A DNA stretch of 64,000 bases, from positions 189,297 through 253,296 of the IMG/VR virus record IMGVR_UViG_3300021256_000002. One strand, 5' to 3'. Positions 60,649-64,000 of the stretch are shown here, in pieces. A model generated the notes under the pieces. The model saw only the letters and a list, made by a program, of their open reading frames with translations. It did no database searches and had not been told where the DNA came from. Position 1 is the first letter of the stretch, and every line of letters begins with the position of its first letter. Origin of the DNA: a virus (taxonomy: Duplodnaviria > Caudoviricetes). The position numbers and the translations under genes are program-made.

Positions 60649-60775
60649 CGTCCTAGCACAACCTTTCTTAATTATATTTTAATTGTAACCATGCATATAA
60701 TATATAAATGAAATTAAAGTTGAAGTATTGAGATAGGGTATTTTATCCCTATCTCAATACAATATCAAGGCCGTA

Positions 60776-61354
60776 TTACCACTTGAACTGTTTCTGCGTC
60801 GGAACCATCGTCCGTTTCGGGTTGAAGAACTTCTTACCCTGGTTAACAGCACGCTGTGCAACCTGAGACGACGGTCTACCTTTACCAACAACAGTGTCAG
60901 GATATGCCTTAGGAATCTTCTTAACGCCATTGGTAGCCCAATTGCGAATCTGCTGGTTGGCCAGCGTGGTAGCTTTAGAGCCATAAATCTTATCCAGGTC
61001 GGATTCGAGTTCGCGCTCCATTTTCCAAACGGTCAACAGCTTCTTGTACTTCGCATTGTTGCTCTTACGAGCCAAGTTCAACACGTTTGCTTTGCGCAGA
61101 TGTTTCAGACGAGACTTGCGGTCAAGGCGCACGATGGAAGTTTCCATTGCCATACCCATGAGTTCAGAGATGTTATCCATCTCATCATAAGATTCAGCAA
61201 TATCGCAAATTTCATCCTGCGATGCAATATCCATCAAATACGCGTTAGCGCATATGCTTTCTTCAGCCGCTTCAATCAGCCCTTCTGCAGGATCTGCACC
61301 GATAGACATACCATCGGATTCGGCTAACGGATCCAGATCTTCAAAATCTATCAT
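60776..61354 (-). CDS. Late protein with acidic N-half and basic C-half, probable head protein
   Basis: GACA-N6-TAA at 61395-61383; A-x-E sites (AEES, AMET) resemble prohead-protease cleavage sites. Confidence 0.65.
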   Translation of the reverse strand: MIDFEDLDPLAESDGMSIGADPAEGLIEAAEESICANAYLMDIASQDEICDIAESYDEMDNISELMGMAMETSIVRLDRKSRLKHLRKANVLNLARKSNNAKYKKLLTVWKMERELESDLDKIYGSKATTLANQQIRNWATNGVKKIPKAYPDTVVGKGRPSSQVAQRAVNQGKKFFNPKRTMVPTQKQFKW

Positions 61355-61419
61355 TTACAGTCATTCCTTTCTATGTTGGATTTTAAATAGATGTCTTAAA
61401 TCCTAGATAAATAATCATT

Positions 61420-61515
61420 TAAAACCACGGTTGACCTAGAGGCCCATCCACGGTAGCCTCTAGGTCTATCTATTCTATAGGAGGAAAATTAATGAAGAAA
61501 TTCTCAACAGCCTTT
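61420..61515 (-). ncRNA. Candidate ~95-nt late sRNA with anti-SD/anti-AUG segment
   Basis: AAACATAATAGTAA (61527-61514) identical to the 47338 copy. Transcript contains UUUCUUCAUUAAUUUUCCUCCU followed by an 11-bp hairpin (61433-61466). Confidence 0.5.
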
Positions 61516-61612
61516 ACTATTATGTTTGCTTCTTACGGATAATAGAAAAATCTCTATATTTCAAAAAAGATTTTAACCATATATTATAGTTACGTAAAGG
61601 AGGAAAAAAATA

Positions 61613-62290
61613 ATGAAAGAATTCGTACACGTTGGGTACACTGATGAAGATGGAAACGAAATACCTAGCGTAACTCAATTGATTGGATTAATAGGAAGTG
61701 ATGCTCTTACTAAATGGGCTAATTCATTAGGCTTAAGAAGAATCAAATTAGACGATTATTTAGATGAAGTATCAACTGCTGGTTCACTTACTCATGAACG
61801 GATTGAGAAATTTCTCAAGGGTGAATCGGTATATGAAGAAAATGAGTATTACGGCAAGAATGTTGAAGAAATTGCCGAGAAAGCTTTCTCACATTTCAGA
61901 GAGTGGGAAAAAGCTGCTCAGGTCAAACCAATATGGATTGAAAAGAGATTATCCAACAATCGTTATGGTGGAACGATTGACTTGCTGGCAGAAATTCGTC
62001 AAGGACCAATTATCCTTATCGACTTCAAGACAAGCAAACATCCAAAGCCAAGTCATTTAATGCAATTAGCTGGATATCTCAACCTTATCAAAGAAGTTGA
62101 ACCTGAGAAATTCAAGAAGATTGATTTTGCACAAATCGTTGCTCTTGGTGGGTTACGAGTACATACATTCACACGTCCAATTGATGAGATGGAAATCTAC
62201 ATGGATGCGTTTGAGAAAATCTACATGATGTACAAGGCATATCAATCTTGTATAGAAAAAGACAAATGGAAGGACCTTAGCTGGAAATGA
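61613..62290 (+). CDS. PD-(D/E)XK exonuclease (lambda-exo/Cas4-like fold, no Fe-S cysteines)
   Basis: IPSVT, GSLTHERIE, YGGTIDL, IDFKTS, QLAGY. Confidence 0.85.
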   Translation: MKEFVHVGYTDEDGNEIPSVTQLIGLIGSDALTKWANSLGLRRIKLDDYLDEVSTAGSLTHERIEKFLKGESVYEENEYYGKNVEEIAEKAFSHFREWEKAAQVKPIWIEKRLSNNRYGGTIDLLAEIRQGPIILIDFKTSKHPKPSHLMQLAGYLNLIKEVEPEKFKKIDFAQIVALGGLRVHTFTRPIDEMEIYMDAFEKIYMMYKAYQSCIEKDKWKDLSWK

Positions 62291-63441
62291 TTAAGAATAA
62301 ACTATTTGTCACTGCTTTTATTGCAGATATCCATTTTGGTGCGATGAAAGCTGATGACTTATATGCACAATTGAAAACGTATTTCCTAGACCAACTCAAG
62401 AAGTATCCAATTGATTTAGTTGTATTTGGTGGAGATACATTTCATAACGTAATCACCATGAATTATAGCACGTCACATATCGTACTGATGTTCATGGAGA
62501 ACGTTATTGAGATATGTAAGGAATGTGGAATACCACATATCCGAATGATTCAGGGAACTGTATCACATGATAACAATCAACTTCATAACTTCCATATATA
62601 CGAAGGAAGAGACGATATTGATTTCAAAATAATCATGAATGTGATAGATGAGGAATTCCCTGAAGGTATCAAAGTACTCTATATACCAGAAGAATATATG
62701 AAGAATCCTGAGGTATATTATGAAGATTACTTTGATAACCATAAGAAGTATTATGACCTCATATTTGGTCATGGAATGGTTGAAGAAGTATCTTTCGTTG
62801 CAAAAGACCAAGATAGTGAAAACACCATGAGTGGTGCACCAATCTTCAATACAAAGAAACTTCTGAGTATATGCAAAGGGCCAGTCTTGTTTGGTCATAT
62901 TCATATAGGGACAGAAGTCCGTAAGCATTTGTACTATCCAGGTAGTTTCAGCCGATGGAAGTTTGGTGAAGATGGAAGAAAAGGTTGGATTCTCAATGTA
63001 TACAACGTGGAAGATTCTACGTATGCTAATAAGTATATAGAGAATAAAGCTGCTCCCGTATATACCACAGTCAAAGTTGAATTAAACGACGAATTATCCA
63101 AGAATCCTGAAAAGATAATGGATTTTATTAAGGATATCCATGCAGATAAGATAATGATAAAATTATCTGTAGTGAATCAAGATAGTTCGTATGCAATTCA
63201 ATATCTCATCAGCAAGTTCAAGAATTCTGACATGGTAAAACTCAATATATCAAATACATCTGATGATTCAGCGGATGTTGAAGAGCAAGAATTCCTAGAT
63301 GAACTTGAGGAAGAGTACAAATTTATTCTAGATGAAAATCTTACGTTATCTCAGAAACTTCAAAAAGCAGTTCAGTTGAAGAAAGGTCGAATCATTCCTA
63401 TCACTTTCATAGATGAGGAACTTGATAAGAAACATACGTAG
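62287..63441 (+). CDS. sbcD: SbcD/Mre11-like metallophosphoesterase nuclease
   Basis: ADIHFG, GGD, GTVSHD, FGHG, FGHIH, YPGSF. Confidence 0.9.
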   Translation: MIKNKLFVTAFIADIHFGAMKADDLYAQLKTYFLDQLKKYPIDLVVFGGDTFHNVITMNYSTSHIVLMFMENVIEICKECGIPHIRMIQGTVSHDNNQLHNFHIYEGRDDIDFKIIMNVIDEEFPEGIKVLYIPEEYMKNPEVYYEDYFDNHKKYYDLIFGHGMVEEVSFVAKDQDSENTMSGAPIFNTKKLLSICKGPVLFGHIHIGTEVRKHLYYPGSFSRWKFGEDGRKGWILNVYNVEDSTYANKYIENKAAPVYTTVKVELNDELSKNPEKIMDFIKDIHADKIMIKLSVVNQDSSYAIQYLISKFKNSDMVKLNISNTSDDSADVEEQEFLDELEEEYKFILDENLTLSQKLQKAVQLKKGRIIPITFIDEELDKKHT

Positions 63442-63534
63442 TTTTTATGTAGAAATAATTATGAAAAATAGACATCACATCTGAGTAATGAGAGTTTATC
63501 TCATTACTCAGATTTTATTATGGGGTGAACTAAA

Positions 63535-64000
63535 TTGGACACAACGAAACTTAAGGATAAGAAGAAACAGAATAACATATATACACCAAGAAAGTTAAAT
63601 TTTAAATATGATAAAGATATACTCGAGATGTTCATTGGGTATGTCTTCTCTAATGATAGCTCAATTACGAAGCTATCATTAAATAACCTTCATAAGTTAA
63701 TTACAATAACCAATACTAGAACATTTGAGTTAGATTCTCAGCTCTATACGAGATTTAATCTAATTAAAATGGCTCTAGAAGGTAAGTTATTTGAAGGTAT
63801 TGAAAGAACTGAGATTCTCAAGGAATATTGTCGTCAGTTAAATGACCCTGAGTGTGACGAAGTTATTAAGAATATAGATAGCTATACGAAGTTATCTAAG
63901 AAAGAGATAAAGTATTTGACAGAAGGCATAGCGGATAGACTTAGATTCGCTTGTATTATATATTATAAAGATATCATCTTGGATTATTTCATGAGAATAG
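63535..64000 (+). CDS. 3'-truncated gene, possibly the N-terminus of a replicative helicase
   Basis: TTG start behind GGGGTG; open to the window end (MDTTKLKDKKKQNNIYTPRKLNFKYD...). No diagnostic motif within the window; function is a guess from context. Confidence 0.55.
   Translation, partial: MDTTKLKDKKKQNNIYTPRKLNFKYDKDILEMFIGYVFSNDSSITKLSLNNLHKLITITNTRTFELDSQLYTRFNLIKMALEGKLFEGIERTEILKEYCRQLNDPECDEVIKNIDSYTKLSKKEIKYLTEGIADRLRFACIIYYKDIILDYFMRI

Noticed and set aside
61613-62290. Cas4 or a CRISPR-Cas system
   Set aside because: No Fe-S cysteines, no array and no other cas genes.
1-64000. tRNA genes, chimallin, PhuZ tubulin, inteins, recoded stop codons
   Set aside because: None recognised by eye. 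Long genes read through under the standard code, and all apparent breaks are explained by introns or a frameshift. Absence from this window says nothing about the rest of the genome.

Overview
AT-rich, gene-dense segment of a jumbo myophage of the phiKZ/AR9(PBS1)-related type. The host is probably a Firmicute, inferred from strong AGGAGG RBSs and a Prp protease gene. Core genes: RecA/UvsX, a family-B DNA polymerase split into two genes, portal, NAD-dependent ligase, SbcC, SbcD, an SF2 helicase, a PD-(D/E)XK nuclease, baseplate proteins, and three subunits of a multisubunit (probably non-virion) RNA polymerase. The ORF track fragments two RNAP genes. I rebuilt both by hand: each has three group I introns (six in total, one carrying an HNH endonuclease), and splicing restores the NADFDGD catalytic motif and the beta RGVHPS region. 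Auxiliary genes include ppk1, a MYG1-family nuclease, Prp and a DUF1599-type domain. Two recurring promoter motifs are visible: AATATATATTAT (early-type) and NACA-N6-TAA (late-type). Most novel candidates: (i) three non-coding transcripts behind AACA-N6-TAA promoters that carry sequence antisense to Shine-Dalgarno or start-codon regions, one a ~225-nt rod; (ii) a ~440-nt GC-rich, heavily base-paired RNA at 49.5-49.95 kb; (iii) mosaic sister relationships among the six introns; (iv) a probable -1 frameshift in a tail/baseplate chaperone gene. All structures and family calls were made by eye, with no database search.
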